Part shown: positions 25,274 to 34,659 of the stretch, piece by piece
Position numbering within the stretch: position 1 is the first letter of the stretch
Layout: each line of letters starts with the position of its first letter
Source: Clostridia bacterium
GTDB lineage: Bacteria; Bacillota; Clostridia; Christensenellales; UBA1242
Direction of reading: 5' to 3'
Length of the DNA: 64,000 bases
NCBI GenBank assembly: GCA_028709705.1
Contig: JAQVWL010000005.1
Coordinates: 892-64,891, forward strand
Notes under the pieces: generated by a model
Database searches by the model: none
The model's input: the letters and a program-made list of their open reading frames with translations, nothing else
What the model was told of the DNA's origin: nothing
Made by a program: the position numbers and the translations under genes

Positions 25274-25302
25274 TATTATATAAAAACATTGACAAAATGT
25301 CA
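25274..25302 (-). promoter_or_regulatory. valS promoter
   Basis: On the minus strand: TTGACA, 17 nt, TATAAT. The -35 is one arm of the palindrome TTGACAAAATGTCAA. Confidence 0.55.
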
Positions 25303-25424
25303 AATATATAAATAAATTGTATTTTATATAATTTTTTGCAATAGTTTTTAATTAAAAAATTGTTCTTGTAATATTTATAATTTTAATATATAATAAACTA
25401 AAATAAAAATTAAGGACTTTTTAG

Positions 25425-26753
25425 ATGGAAAACATATTAAAAACAATAACAACAAATAAATTGATATCCGCTGGCGATGTAATAGGTGTTGCAGTAAGTG
25501 GTGGCAGTGATTCAATGGCATTGCTTCACTATCTTAATTCTATTTCAAAAGAAATTGAATTTGAAGTTGTTGCAGTTCACGTTGACCATTGCATTAGAGA
25601 AGTAAGTGCAGAAGATGCTGAATTTGTTGTAAAGTTTTGCAGAAAAAATAATATAAGAGTTTACAAATTCAAAGTAGATGTTCCAAAACTTGTTCTGCAA
25701 AGAAAGCAATCTGTTGAAACCGTTGCTCGTGATGCAAGATATGGTGTTTTTGATGCACTTGTAAAAAAAGATGCAGTTGACAAAATTGCCATTGCACATA
25801 ATATGAAAGACCAAGCAGAAACAATACTTTTAAACTTGTTTAGGGGAACGGGCCTTGAAGGTGCAAGCGGTATGAATGTTGTAAGAGATGAAATATATAT
25901 TCGCCCAATGCTTAACACTTCAAAAAAAGCAATTTTAGATTATATTTTTTTAAACGACATACCTTTTGTTGAAGATGAAACCAACAAAGATAGCACATAT
26001 TCAAGAAATTATATTCGCAATATAATTTTTCCTTTGATAGAAGAAAAATGGACTGGTGCAACACAAAATATTGTAAATTTTGGAAAACAATGTGCCGATG
26101 ACAACAATTATATAAACAATCAAGTTTTTACTGATGCTATTATTTTTGGTGACAAAACCGCCAAAATACCAAACTCTTATTTTCTTTATCACAATGCAAT
26201 AGTTTCAAGGATTATTTTTGACACCTTAAAAAAATTGGGAGTAAAAAAAGATTTGGAAAGAGTGCATATTGAAATGATAAAGGACCTTGCCTTTAACGGA
26301 GAAAATGGTAAAAAAATCAAATTGCCACTTTTTGTTACAATTTACAAAGAATATGATTATGTTACTTTTGTCAACAAGGCAAAAAAAGAAATAGTGCTTG
26401 AAGAACCTTTTGGGTCTGGAACTTTTGAAGTGGAAAATTTTGGAAAAATAACCGTAAAAAGAGTCAAAGATTTTAATCTAAACAAAGGTGAATTGCTTTT
26501 AGACGCAAAAAAATTGCCCAAAGATGCTATTTGGCGTTTTAGGCAAAATGGAGATATCTTTGAAAAATTTGGTGGCGGAACAAAAAAATTGAAAAGTTAT
26601 ATGATAGACAAAAAAGTCCCTAACCGCTTGAGGTCAACAATACCTGTGCTTGCTAGTGGCAATGTTGTCTATGTAATTGCTGGTGTTGAAATTGCTGATA
26701 GTGTGAAACTTGATAAGGGTGCTACCATTGCCACAAAAATCATCGTTTCATAA
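25425..26753 (+). CDS. tilS: tRNA(Ile)-lysidine synthetase
   Basis: PP-loop VAVSGGSDSMALLH. 442 aa. Confidence 0.85.
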   Translation: MENILKTITTNKLISAGDVIGVAVSGGSDSMALLHYLNSISKEIEFEVVAVHVDHCIREVSAEDAEFVVKFCRKNNIRVYKFKVDVPKLVLQRKQSVETVARDARYGVFDALVKKDAVDKIAIAHNMKDQAETILLNLFRGTGLEGASGMNVVRDEIYIRPMLNTSKKAILDYIFLNDIPFVEDETNKDSTYSRNYIRNIIFPLIEEKWTGATQNIVNFGKQCADDNNYINNQVFTDAIIFGDKTAKIPNSYFLYHNAIVSRIIFDTLKKLGVKKDLERVHIEMIKDLAFNGENGKKIKLPLFVTIYKEYDYVTFVNKAKKEIVLEEPFGSGTFEVENFGKITVKRVKDFNLNKGELLLDAKKLPKDAIWRFRQNGDIFEKFGGGTKKLKSYMIDKKVPNRLRSTIPVLASGNVVYVIAGVEIADSVKLDKGATIATKIIVS

Positions 26754-26761
26754 TATTTGAT

Positions 26762-26779
26762 TGTGGAAATGTGGATAAC
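26762..26779 (+). promoter_or_regulatory. 18-nt repeat copy 1 with a perfect DnaA box
   Basis: TGTGGAAATGTGGATAAC. The box TGTGGATAA at 26770-26778 is the reverse complement of TTATCCACA. A degenerate box TGTGGAAAT sits directly upstream. Confidence 0.6.
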
Positions 26780-26866
26780 TAGACTTATAACTCTTGTAAA
26801 TTATTAACTTTTGTACAAAATGCTATAAATTTTATAATTATAGATGTAAATGTATGAATATGCAAG

Positions 26867-26884
26867 TGTGGAAATGTGGATAAC
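26867..26884 (+). promoter_or_regulatory. 18-nt repeat copy 2 with a perfect DnaA box
   Basis: Identical 18-mer 105 bp downstream of copy 1, with a perfect box at 26875-26883. Confidence 0.6.
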
Positions 26885-26907
26885 ATCAAAAACTACTAAA
26901 TAATCAA

Positions 26908-26936
26908 TTGACTTTTTGGTTTTTAGACACTATTAT
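26908..26936 (+). promoter_or_regulatory. hisS promoter
   Basis: TTGACT, 17 nt, TATTAT, about 20 nt before the hisS ATG. Confidence 0.55.
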
Positions 26937-26956
26937 TTATTATAAAGGAAAATTTT

Positions 26957-28246
26957 ATGCAAAAAACAAAGGCAAAAACTCTTGCTGGCTTTTTGGAATT
27001 GGAGCCTAGAAAACAAATTGTTTTTGACAATATGAAAGAAAAAATAAAATCAGTTTTTGAACTAAATGGTTTGTCCCCTATGGATACGCCAATTTTAGAA
27101 TATAGCGAAGTTTTGCTTGCCAAAGCGGGCGGAGAAACTGAAAAACAAATTTATAGATTTACAAAAGGTGAAAACGATATTTGTATGAGGTTTGACCTTA
27201 CTGTTCCATTTGCAAAATATTCTGCAAAATTTGAAAATCAGTTGATTTTTCCTTTTAAAAGATACCAAATAGGCAAGGTTTTTAGGGGCGAAAGAGCACA
27301 AAAAGGTAGATTGAGGGAGTTTTTCCAATGTGATATGGACATAATTGACGAAGGCGAACTTTCTATTTGTGCAGATGCCGAATGTGTTAGTGTGTTAAGT
27401 CAAGTTTTTGAAACTTTAGACTATTTTATCAAAATAAGAATTAGCAATCGCAAACTGCTTGGCGGAATGTTAGATTTTTTTTGTTTGAAAGAACAAACAA
27501 CTGAAATTTTAAATATTTTGGATAAACAAGACAAAATTGGCACAGAAAAAACTTTGGAAGAATTGTTAAAAATAACAGACAAAGCAAAAGAAATTTTGCA
27601 ATTAACTGCTGTTAACACAGTAGAAAAATTGGAAAAAGTAAAAATAAATAATACAGAGTTTAATCAAGGTGTTGCAGAAATTAAACAACTTTTTGAAATT
27701 TTAAAAATTTTAAAACCAAAAAATGAAGTTGTTTTGGATTTAAAAGTAATAAGAGGGTTAGATTATTATACCGGAACAATTTTTGAAGCAAATTTGCTAG
27801 GGTTGGGCGAACCAATATCAGTTAGTGCTGGCGGAAGATATGACAATTTGGCAGAAAATTATTCAAACAAAAAATTGGCTGGCGTTGGCGTTAGCATTGG
27901 TTTGAGTAGACTTTTCGATATTCTTGACAAAAACAATTTGTTGCAATACAAAACAAACACAAAATCACAAGTTACAATTATTCCACTTGGAAACACAACC
28001 AATTTTTGTTTTGATATTTCAAAAACACTTAAAGAAAATAAAATTAATTGCGATGTCTTATATTTTGATAAATCATTTAAAAGCAAACTCAATTATGCTA
28101 ATAGGAAAAAAGTGCCTTACATAATTGTTGTTGGGGAAGAAGAAATCAAAAACAAAACATTTGGTTTAAAAGATATGGAAACAGGTTTTGTTGTTGAAGA
28201 CAAACTTGAAAATTTGATAAAAGTTTTAAGGAATAAAAATGAATAA
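26957..28246 (+). CDS. hisS: histidyl-tRNA synthetase
   Basis: YRFTKGENDICMRFDLTVPFAKY, FRGERAQKGRLREFFQCD and GGRYDNL. Confidence 0.85.
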   Translation: MQKTKAKTLAGFLELEPRKQIVFDNMKEKIKSVFELNGLSPMDTPILEYSEVLLAKAGGETEKQIYRFTKGENDICMRFDLTVPFAKYSAKFENQLIFPFKRYQIGKVFRGERAQKGRLREFFQCDMDIIDEGELSICADAECVSVLSQVFETLDYFIKIRISNRKLLGGMLDFFCLKEQTTEILNILDKQDKIGTEKTLEELLKITDKAKEILQLTAVNTVEKLEKVKINNTEFNQGVAEIKQLFEILKILKPKNEVVLDLKVIRGLDYYTGTIFEANLLGLGEPISVSAGGRYDNLAENYSNKKLAGVGVSIGLSRLFDILDKNNLLQYKTNTKSQVTIIPLGNTTNFCFDISKTLKENKINCDVLYFDKSFKSKLNYANRKKVPYIIVVGEEEIKNKTFGLKDMETGFVVEDKLENLIKVLRNKNE

Positions 28247-28688
28247 AAATTTTTTGATGCCTTTCAAAAAAATAAATTTAACAGAAACATCACCTTTAAC
28301 ACTTGCTTATATTGGTGATGCAATACACACACTTTTTATCAGACAATATTTATTGCAAACAACAATGATAGAAACGGCAAAAAAATTGCACAACACAAGC
28401 ACAAAATTTTGCAGTGCAAAGGGTCAAAGTGAAGCGTTGGATTTTTTGACACCAATTTTGGATAAAGAAGAAAGCGAAATTGTAAGAAGAACAAGAAATC
28501 AAAAAAATCATAATCCACCAAAAAGTTCAGACATTGAACAATACAAAAAAGCGACTTGTTTTGAAGCATTGGTCGGTTATTTATGGGCAAATGATGAAGA
28601 AAATAGATTGAAAGATTTGCTAGATTTGTTTATGGAATTTAAACTAAACAACCAAGATTTTAGAGTTATAAAAAAGGAAAATATATGA
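28239..28688 (+). CDS. mrnC: mini-ribonuclease III
   Basis: LAYIGDAIHTLFIRQYL. Sits before rlmB-sigH as in Bacillus. Confidence 0.8.
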   Translation: MNKNFLMPFKKINLTETSPLTLAYIGDAIHTLFIRQYLLQTTMIETAKKLHNTSTKFCSAKGQSEALDFLTPILDKEESEIVRRTRNQKNHNPPKSSDIEQYKKATCFEALVGYLWANDEENRLKDLLDLFMEFKLNNQDFRVIKKENI

Positions 28689-29410
28689 TTATATATGGCA
28701 AAAATGCAATCAAAGAAGCAATTTTAAGCAATTTGACAATCAACAAATTATATGTTGAAAATGGTGTCAAAGATGAAACGGGTCAAGCAATTTTAAACTT
28801 GGCTAAACAAAATAAAATAAAAATATCTTTTGAACAAAAAAATATTTTGTTTCAAAAATGCCAAACGCCAAAACACCAAGGCTTTGTTGCCGAAACAACT
28901 GAATTTGAATATTGCAAAACAAGTGATATTTTAAACAAAGCAACAAAAAAAGAAGAATTGCCTTTTGTTTTGATATTGGACGGAATTATGGATCCGCACA
29001 ATTTGGGAGCAATTATTAGAACAGCAGAAGCAAGCGGAGTTCACGGAATAATTTTGCAAAAGGATAGGGCGTGTGCAGTAAATGAAACTGTTTTTAAAAC
29101 AAGTGCCGGTGCTTTATCTAATATGCTTATTGCAAGAGTTGTAAATCTTTCAAAAGAAATTGAATATCTAAAAAAACAAGGTTTATGGGTATTCGGCTTG
29201 GAACTTGGCGGGGCTGGAATTTTTAAATCTAATTTGACAGGCCCAATCGCTATTGTAATTGGTAGCGAAGGAAACGGTTTAAAAGATTTGGTAAGAAAAA
29301 ATTGCGACAATATCATCACTTTGCCAATGAAAGGGCAAATAAATTCGCTTAACGCAAGTGTTGCAACGGGTATTGCGGTTTATGAAATTTTAAGACAAAG
29401 GGGAAATTAA
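28685..29410 (+). CDS. rlmB: SpoU/TrmH-family 23S rRNA 2'-O-methyltransferase
   Basis: DPHNLGAIIRTAEASG, IGSEGNGL and SLNASVA motifs. Synteny with mrnC and sigH. Confidence 0.8.
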   Translation: MIIYGKNAIKEAILSNLTINKLYVENGVKDETGQAILNLAKQNKIKISFEQKNILFQKCQTPKHQGFVAETTEFEYCKTSDILNKATKKEELPFVLILDGIMDPHNLGAIIRTAEASGVHGIILQKDRACAVNETVFKTSAGALSNMLIARVVNLSKEIEYLKKQGLWVFGLELGGAGIFKSNLTGPIAIVIGSEGNGLKDLVRKNCDNIITLPMKGQINSLNASVATGIAVYEILRQRGN

Positions 29411-30024
29411 TGCAACAGCAGTTAACTGATGAAGAATTGATGAAAGATTTTAAAAACGGCAATGAAGCAGTTGTTGATTATATTTTGTCAAAATACAAAA
29501 CTTTGGTTAACAGTGTTGCCCGCAGATATTATTTGATTGGTGCAGAGCAAGAAGATTTGGCGCAAGAGGGTATGATTGGGCTTTATAAGGCGTGTATGGG
29601 TTATAAACCAACCGCAAACAATTCTTTTAAAACCTTTGCTTATCTTTGCGTGCAAAGGCAAATTCAAAGTGCCATTAAGATTGCCAACAGGCAAAAAAAC
29701 TTGATTTTGAATAATGCTTTGTCTTTAAATTCTCAAAGTGGACTTGTTTTGCGAAACGGCGAAGATTTGGGCGACACAGAAACTTTTTTATATTTGCCAT
29801 CAAGCGAACCAACACCAGAAAACAAACTTATTGAAAAAGAAGAATACAAAGAAACAATTCAAAAAATAAAAAATGTGCTTTCAAGTTATGAGTTTGAAGT
29901 TTTGAAACAATATTTGAAAGGTTATAAATGCGAACAAATTGCACAAACACTAAAAAAAGATTTTAAAAGCGTAGACAATGCTTTAAGCCGAATAAAAACA
30001 AAACTTGATTTTATAAAAAAATGA
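29410..30024 (+). CDS. sigH: RNA polymerase sigma factor SigH-like
   Basis: YLIGAEQEDLAQEGMIGLYKA...FKTFAYLCVQRQIQSAIKIANRQK closely parallels Bacillus SigH region 2. Confidence 0.8.
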   Translation: MQQQLTDEELMKDFKNGNEAVVDYILSKYKTLVNSVARRYYLIGAEQEDLAQEGMIGLYKACMGYKPTANNSFKTFAYLCVQRQIQSAIKIANRQKNLILNNALSLNSQSGLVLRNGEDLGDTETFLYLPSSEPTPENKLIEKEEYKETIQKIKNVLSSYEFEVLKQYLKGYKCEQIAQTLKKDFKSVDNALSRIKTKLDFIKK

Positions 30025-30026
30025 TA

Positions 30027-30368
30027 TCACATACAATTAACAACAGACAACATAATATCATTGACCGACTTTTTTTCAAGTGAATAAATTATCAGTTTGC
30101 CAACTCTTTTAAAGGCAACTATTTTTTCACTTCGCAAAAGTTGCAGTTGGTGGCTAACTGTTGTTTGATTTATGCCAAGCAGTTTGGAAATGTCATTCAC
30201 GCACATATTGCACATACAAAGGCAAGTCAAAATTCTAAGCCGTGTATAATCTGAAAAATTTTGAAAAAAGCACGCCATTTTAAGCATAGAGTTTTTTTCT
30301 GGCATATATTCCAAAATTTCATTTTTGTTTCTTTCGCTTAACACCAAAAAATTGTTTTTCATATTCAA
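30027..30368 (-). CDS. ArsR/SmtB-family metal(loid)-responsive repressor
   Basis: DYTRLRILTCLCMCNMCVNDISKLLGINQTTVSHQLQLLR is a winged HTH with a Cys cluster at the alpha3 sensing position. Confidence 0.8.
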   Translation of the reverse strand: MNMKNNFLVLSERNKNEILEYMPEKNSMLKMACFFQNFSDYTRLRILTCLCMCNMCVNDISKLLGINQTTVSHQLQLLRSEKIVAFKRVGKLIIYSLEKKSVNDIMLSVVNCM

Positions 30369-30513
30369 ACTCCTTGCAAATTAACATTTATTTATTTTTT
30401 CTCATATATAAAAAAAGTACATAAAAAAAATATTTTTGTCAATGTTTGCATAACACAAGTTTTAAGAAAATTTGCAAAAAAAAGTCAAAAATTGAACTTT
30501 AAGGAGGATATTT

Positions 30514-30717
30514 ATGAATTTTTCACAAGATATTTTATTGGTTTTACTGCTTTCTATTTTTGCACAAAGCACAGGAACGGAACTTTCAACCAACTCTAAC
30601 TACTTACTACTTTTACTTTTAGCGCTTTCTAACCAAAATTGTGGGTGTCCTAACCAATGTTGCACAAATCCCTGCTGTAATCCTTGCGGAAACCCATGTT
30701 GCAACCGCTTTTTTTAA
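30514..30717 (+). CDS. 67-aa peptide with a hydrophobic N-terminal half and a Cys-rich tail (10 Cys in the last 27 aa)
   Basis: Strong RBS AAGGAGG 7 nt before the ATG. The tail is CGCPNQCCTNPCCNPCGNPCCNRFF. Divergent from the ArsR gene and followed by a terminator. Confidence 0.6.
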   Translation: MNFSQDILLVLLLSIFAQSTGTELSTNSNYLLLLLLALSNQNCGCPNQCCTNPCCNPCGNPCCNRFF

Positions 30718-30732
30718 AATATAACACCAATA

Positions 30733-30764
30733 AACAAAACTAGTTTAAAAAAACTAGTTTTGTT
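30733..30764. terminator. bidirectional intrinsic terminator
   Basis: AACAAAACTAGTTT-AAAAA-AACTAGTTTTGTT. Confidence 0.7.
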
Positions 30765-30767
30765 CCT

Positions 30768-31301
30768 TTATTGTTTTGCCATATCTTTTTTCATCAATTT
30801 TTTGTTTTCAATATATTTATATAATTTGATAAAATCAACATAATATGGGTTTTCTTTGTCAAATTTTAAATCAGGTATTGATAGTGTGTTGTCAATAAGG
30901 TCGGGAATATTAGGTTGAAAACCCCAAAGTGGACCTTCTCTTAAAATCATTTCTCCTTTTTCGCTGACAAAAAATTCTGACCACGCAAGAATACTTTTTT
31001 GTGTTGATTCTGGAAGTTTTTCCCAACTGCTCAACTTGTCAATAATACGATTTATTTGTTCTTCTTCATACTTTTCTGATGGTCCATAAACTTTTCCTAA
31101 CAAATATGACAACAAATATTGTGTGTCAAGTTTTTTCTTTTTTTTGATTGCAAAAATAAGAATGCTTGTATTGTCGCAAAACAATTTTTCACAATAATCT
31201 TGTTTTTCTGTGTCTGTTTTTAAGTTTTTGGGGAAATTTATTTCCTTAACAGAATTTGTTAAATTAAAATCAATTTTGGGTGCATAAGGTTTTATTACCA
31301 T
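30768..31301 (-). CDS. hypothetical protein
   Basis: 177-aa ORF with no motif recognised. Downstream partner of 31379..32788. Confidence 0.4.
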   Translation of the reverse strand: MVIKPYAPKIDFNLTNSVKEINFPKNLKTDTEKQDYCEKLFCDNTSILIFAIKKKKKLDTQYLLSYLLGKVYGPSEKYEEEQINRIIDKLSSWEKLPESTQKSILAWSEFFVSEKGEMILREGPLWGFQPNIPDLIDNTLSIPDLKFDKENPYYVDFIKLYKYIENKKLMKKDMAKQ

Positions 31302-31378
31302 ATCTTTTCTCCTTATTTTTTTTATAATTATATCACAATTATTTTTTTTTGTAAAGAGTCAATTTTTTAAAAAAAATT

Positions 31379-32788
31379 TTATTGGGTTTTATCCATTTCA
31401 TTTTCAAACAATTTTTTCAGTTCTTCAAATCTTTTTGGCGCTCCTTGATTTTTTTCATCAATCCTTTCAACAACTAGTGTACTATTTGCTTCTGGCGTTT
31501 CTTCCTTTAATTCTATTATTTCTGTTTTTACGACTGTTGTATTTGTATTTGTTTCCGCCTTCAATACTTCTTCTTTTCTAATATCTCCCAAAAGTTCTCT
31601 CATTTCAACAAATTGACTTTCTATTGATTTGTAAAAATCTTTTTGATTAACTTTTTCTTCTTGTTTTTGCTTTGCTTGCGGTTTAACTTTTTTTTGTGGA
31701 GTTTTCTCTTGGGGTTTTTCGCCTTCCGCCTTTTCTGGAACTGGCTTTTTTTCTCTTAAACCTTCAAAAAATTTTTCGCCAAACAAAGAACTAGTGTTGC
31801 CTTTGGCTTTGGTATCTTCTTTTTTGCTATCGCCTCCACCCTTACTGCCTCCGCCACCACCGCCTTTACTTCCACCACCGCTTCCACCAGGACTTTCGGT
31901 TTTTGCTTTTACGCTAGGTTTTGAAGGGCTTTTTGGTTTTAAATTATTTGTACCCAAAATGCCTTCTTTTTCTTGTTTTAGGTGTTTTTCAATAGTTTTC
32001 AAGTCTTCCAAAAGAGTTGTGCGGGCTTCTTTGATTTTTTTATTTTCTTCTATATCAAATTTACTCTGCAAAATTTCTTCATCAACGATTTTATCCAAAA
32101 TTTGCCTAAAAACCAAAAATTTGTTTTGTGCATTTTTGTCAAGTTGATTTGTTCTAACCAAATTGACAAATTTTTTTACAACTTCATTCCCGTTTTTGGC
32201 AGTTTTTAAAAACTTGAAAATGGCACTTAAATATTTGTTTTCAATATCTTCATTTTCTTTGCAAAAAATAGACCAAATGTCTTGCTTCTTTTTCAATTCA
32301 GTAAACAATTCTATCGGAGGACCAACATAATTTTTTAGGTCAATCTTTCCATTCAATTCTTCTTTGGAAACCAAGTGAAAGGCTTTTTTTACATTAAACA
32401 AGAAATTGTCAGTATTATTTTCTGTTAATTTTGCAAGTTGGGTTGTTATTGAACTTTTATAAATTTTTGCAACTACAAAATCTTCTATCAATTTTAAGGT
32501 TGCCATTTTTTTGTTTTCTGGCAAATCTTCTATTGTTACAACAAAATTAAGTTTGACTTTGTTGACGACAGCAGTCGCTTTGTATTGACTGTCATCTTTA
32601 AACTCTATCAACTTTTGCAAATTTATTAGTTCTTTTATTATTATATCTAAAATAATGTATTCGTTTTTTTCATTAAAATTTCCAACAAGTGAATTTTCAC
32701 ATGCTTCATATTTTTTTGTATCTTTCAAATATTTTGTTGCAAATTCATTCAAAATTTCTTGGTCTGATTTTGTTTCAGCGTTTTCCAT
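31379..32788 (-). CDS. hypothetical protein with a Gly-run and a K/E/P-rich disordered region
   Basis: A 280-aa helical N-domain, then SPGGSGGGSKGGGGGGSKGGGDSKK and a KPQEK-rich segment. Confidence 0.45.
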   Translation of the reverse strand: MENAETKSDQEILNEFATKYLKDTKKYEACENSLVGNFNEKNEYIILDIIIKELINLQKLIEFKDDSQYKATAVVNKVKLNFVVTIEDLPENKKMATLKLIEDFVVAKIYKSSITTQLAKLTENNTDNFLFNVKKAFHLVSKEELNGKIDLKNYVGPPIELFTELKKKQDIWSIFCKENEDIENKYLSAIFKFLKTAKNGNEVVKKFVNLVRTNQLDKNAQNKFLVFRQILDKIVDEEILQSKFDIEENKKIKEARTTLLEDLKTIEKHLKQEKEGILGTNNLKPKSPSKPSVKAKTESPGGSGGGSKGGGGGGSKGGGDSKKEDTKAKGNTSSLFGEKFFEGLREKKPVPEKAEGEKPQEKTPQKKVKPQAKQKQEEKVNQKDFYKSIESQFVEMRELLGDIRKEEVLKAETNTNTTVVKTEIIELKEETPEANSTLVVERIDEKNQGAPKRFEELKKLFENEMDKTQ

Positions 32789-32913
32789 ATAAAACCTCCA
32801 AGCATTTGCTTGGTTCAGTATAACACAAACAAGTTTATTTGTAAATATTTATGCAAAAGTATTTATTTTTTTGGCATTATGTGATATTATGTTAAAAAAC
32901 AAAAAGGTGGTTT

Positions 32914-33690
32914 ATGAAAAAGGAAAGCAATTCAAGAACTTATGCAATTTGGTTGACATTGTTTTTGGCAGTTGTTGCTGTTGTGTTATTTTTTGTTATT
33001 CCAAGAACAGATTATTTCCTTGCATTTAATAATATAAATTCAATAAATGAAAACTACAATTCAACTGACAGTAGCAACAACTCAATAGAAAATTATATAA
33101 TTTATGTTTGTAATTTGAATGGTTTGACAACCACAAATACACAAAGAATAACCGCAGATAATCAAATAAGAGCATCATTGTTTATGTCTAACACTTTTGT
33201 CAAAAAATCGCTTGCTTTTGTTTCTCACAATGCTGAATATAATAGAAATGTTAATCTTCAAAACAACGCAAAAAATGTGCTTTTGAACCAAATACAAAGC
33301 ATACAAAATTATTGCAAAACAACTTTGGCGGTATACTTAAAACCTGAAACAGAAAAAAATCCGACCACCAACAACCAAATTGCAAATATATTTATAAACC
33401 AACTTGAAAATCTTACTTTGGCATTTGCAAATTTTTATAACGCAACAGCACAAATAATTGAAAAAAGTGCCACAAGTTGTATGGAAGTTAACGCCTTGAC
33501 AATTTCCGTTAACTCAAACTTTAATGATTGCATTCAAAGACTTTTAGTTCAAGAAAACATTTCTACGACTACAACACAAAATTTATTAAACACAATAACT
33601 TCAATGTCTGATTCCAATTATTATAAATATTATTTCGACAATTCAGTCACTGTTAGCAATGTAGTTTCTACGTTTAATGCAATTGCATAA
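32914..33690 (+). CDS. hypothetical N-terminally anchored, Asn-rich protein
   Basis: Single TM segment (AIWLTLFLAVVAVVLFFVI), then an N/T/S-rich helical ectodomain. Confidence 0.45.
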   Translation: MKKESNSRTYAIWLTLFLAVVAVVLFFVIPRTDYFLAFNNINSINENYNSTDSSNNSIENYIIYVCNLNGLTTTNTQRITADNQIRASLFMSNTFVKKSLAFVSHNAEYNRNVNLQNNAKNVLLNQIQSIQNYCKTTLAVYLKPETEKNPTTNNQIANIFINQLENLTLAFANFYNATAQIIEKSATSCMEVNALTISVNSNFNDCIQRLLVQENISTTTTQNLLNTITSMSDSNYYKYYFDNSVTVSNVVSTFNAIA

Positions 33691-33706
33691 CCACAAAAGG
33701 AAAAAA

Positions 33707-34648
33707 ATGAAAAAAAGTATATTTTTGTTAATGTTAATAGTTCTGTGTATTCCATTTTTTTATGCTTGCGATAACGACAGCACAATTTGGGTAAAAACTA
33801 ATGCAACTGTAAGTGCTTTTTTGAATGGTGAAACTACGAACTATGACGAATTTATTGAAGGAAATATAACTTTTTCTAGTGAACTTGAAAACAAAAGAGA
33901 TGAAATAGATAGCAAGTTTTATGACTTAATATATTATGAAAATATTTTGGGCACTTGCTTTGTAAACGCCCAAAAGCATATAGGCAGTTTTGCAATAACA
34001 CCCATACAAAATCAAAACAAAGCAACAAGTTTGTGTTTGAAAATAGAAAACTCTTTAAGCAATTTGATTAAAGAAATTGAAAATTTTAAAACTATCAAGC
34101 AAAAATTTTTGGTTGACACAAATAGCCGAAACTATAATGATGTTATAGCATTATCCAAATTGAAAAGTTTTAAAGTTTCTTTTTATAATTTGATAAAAAA
34201 AGCAAATACTTTTAACATAGATTTTACAACTGCATATGCGACCTTGTATGGCGGAATTGTTGACGCAGATATTGCAAATTCAAACACCATTTTTAATTCT
34301 GTTAGTGTTGTTTTTACAGACTTGATAGACACATATATCAAATACGGTTTTGCAGAGTTTGGTGGCGATTGCGCGCAAGAAAATAATTTTTTTGGTAGTA
34401 TTTTGGAACTTAAAGCAAAACTTGAAAGCAGTCAATGCTTGGGTGCAAATTATGCAAATTGGCTAACTATGTATTCAAGTTTTGAAGGCGAAAAAAATAT
34501 ATTTTTAACCGCACTTGCAAATATTGACTTAAACGCAAATAACTCAAACCCCAATGAATTGCAACAAGTTTATTTAAACAAAATAAACAGTTTTGTAAAT
34601 GAAAATGCTACTTTGTTTATCAACCATACCAAACAATTGTTTAATTAA
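33707..34648 (+). CDS. hypothetical lipoprotein
   Basis: Start moved to the ATG at 33707. MKKSIFLLMLIVLCIPFFYAC is a signal peptide plus lipobox Cys. Confidence 0.55.
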   Translation: MKKSIFLLMLIVLCIPFFYACDNDSTIWVKTNATVSAFLNGETTNYDEFIEGNITFSSELENKRDEIDSKFYDLIYYENILGTCFVNAQKHIGSFAITPIQNQNKATSLCLKIENSLSNLIKEIENFKTIKQKFLVDTNSRNYNDVIALSKLKSFKVSFYNLIKKANTFNIDFTTAYATLYGGIVDADIANSNTIFNSVSVVFTDLIDTYIKYGFAEFGGDCAQENNFFGSILELKAKLESSQCLGANYANWLTMYSSFEGEKNIFLTALANIDLNANNSNPNELQQVYLNKINSFVNENATLFINHTKQLFN

Positions 34649-34659
34649 AAGGAAATGAA

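Noticed and set aside
26754-26956. Chromosomal replication origin (DnaA boxes plus an AT-rich core).
   Set aside because: There are only two perfect and two degenerate boxes. No dnaA or dnaN gene is nearby, and there is no switch in gene orientation around this point. It is reported as a DnaA-box cluster instead.
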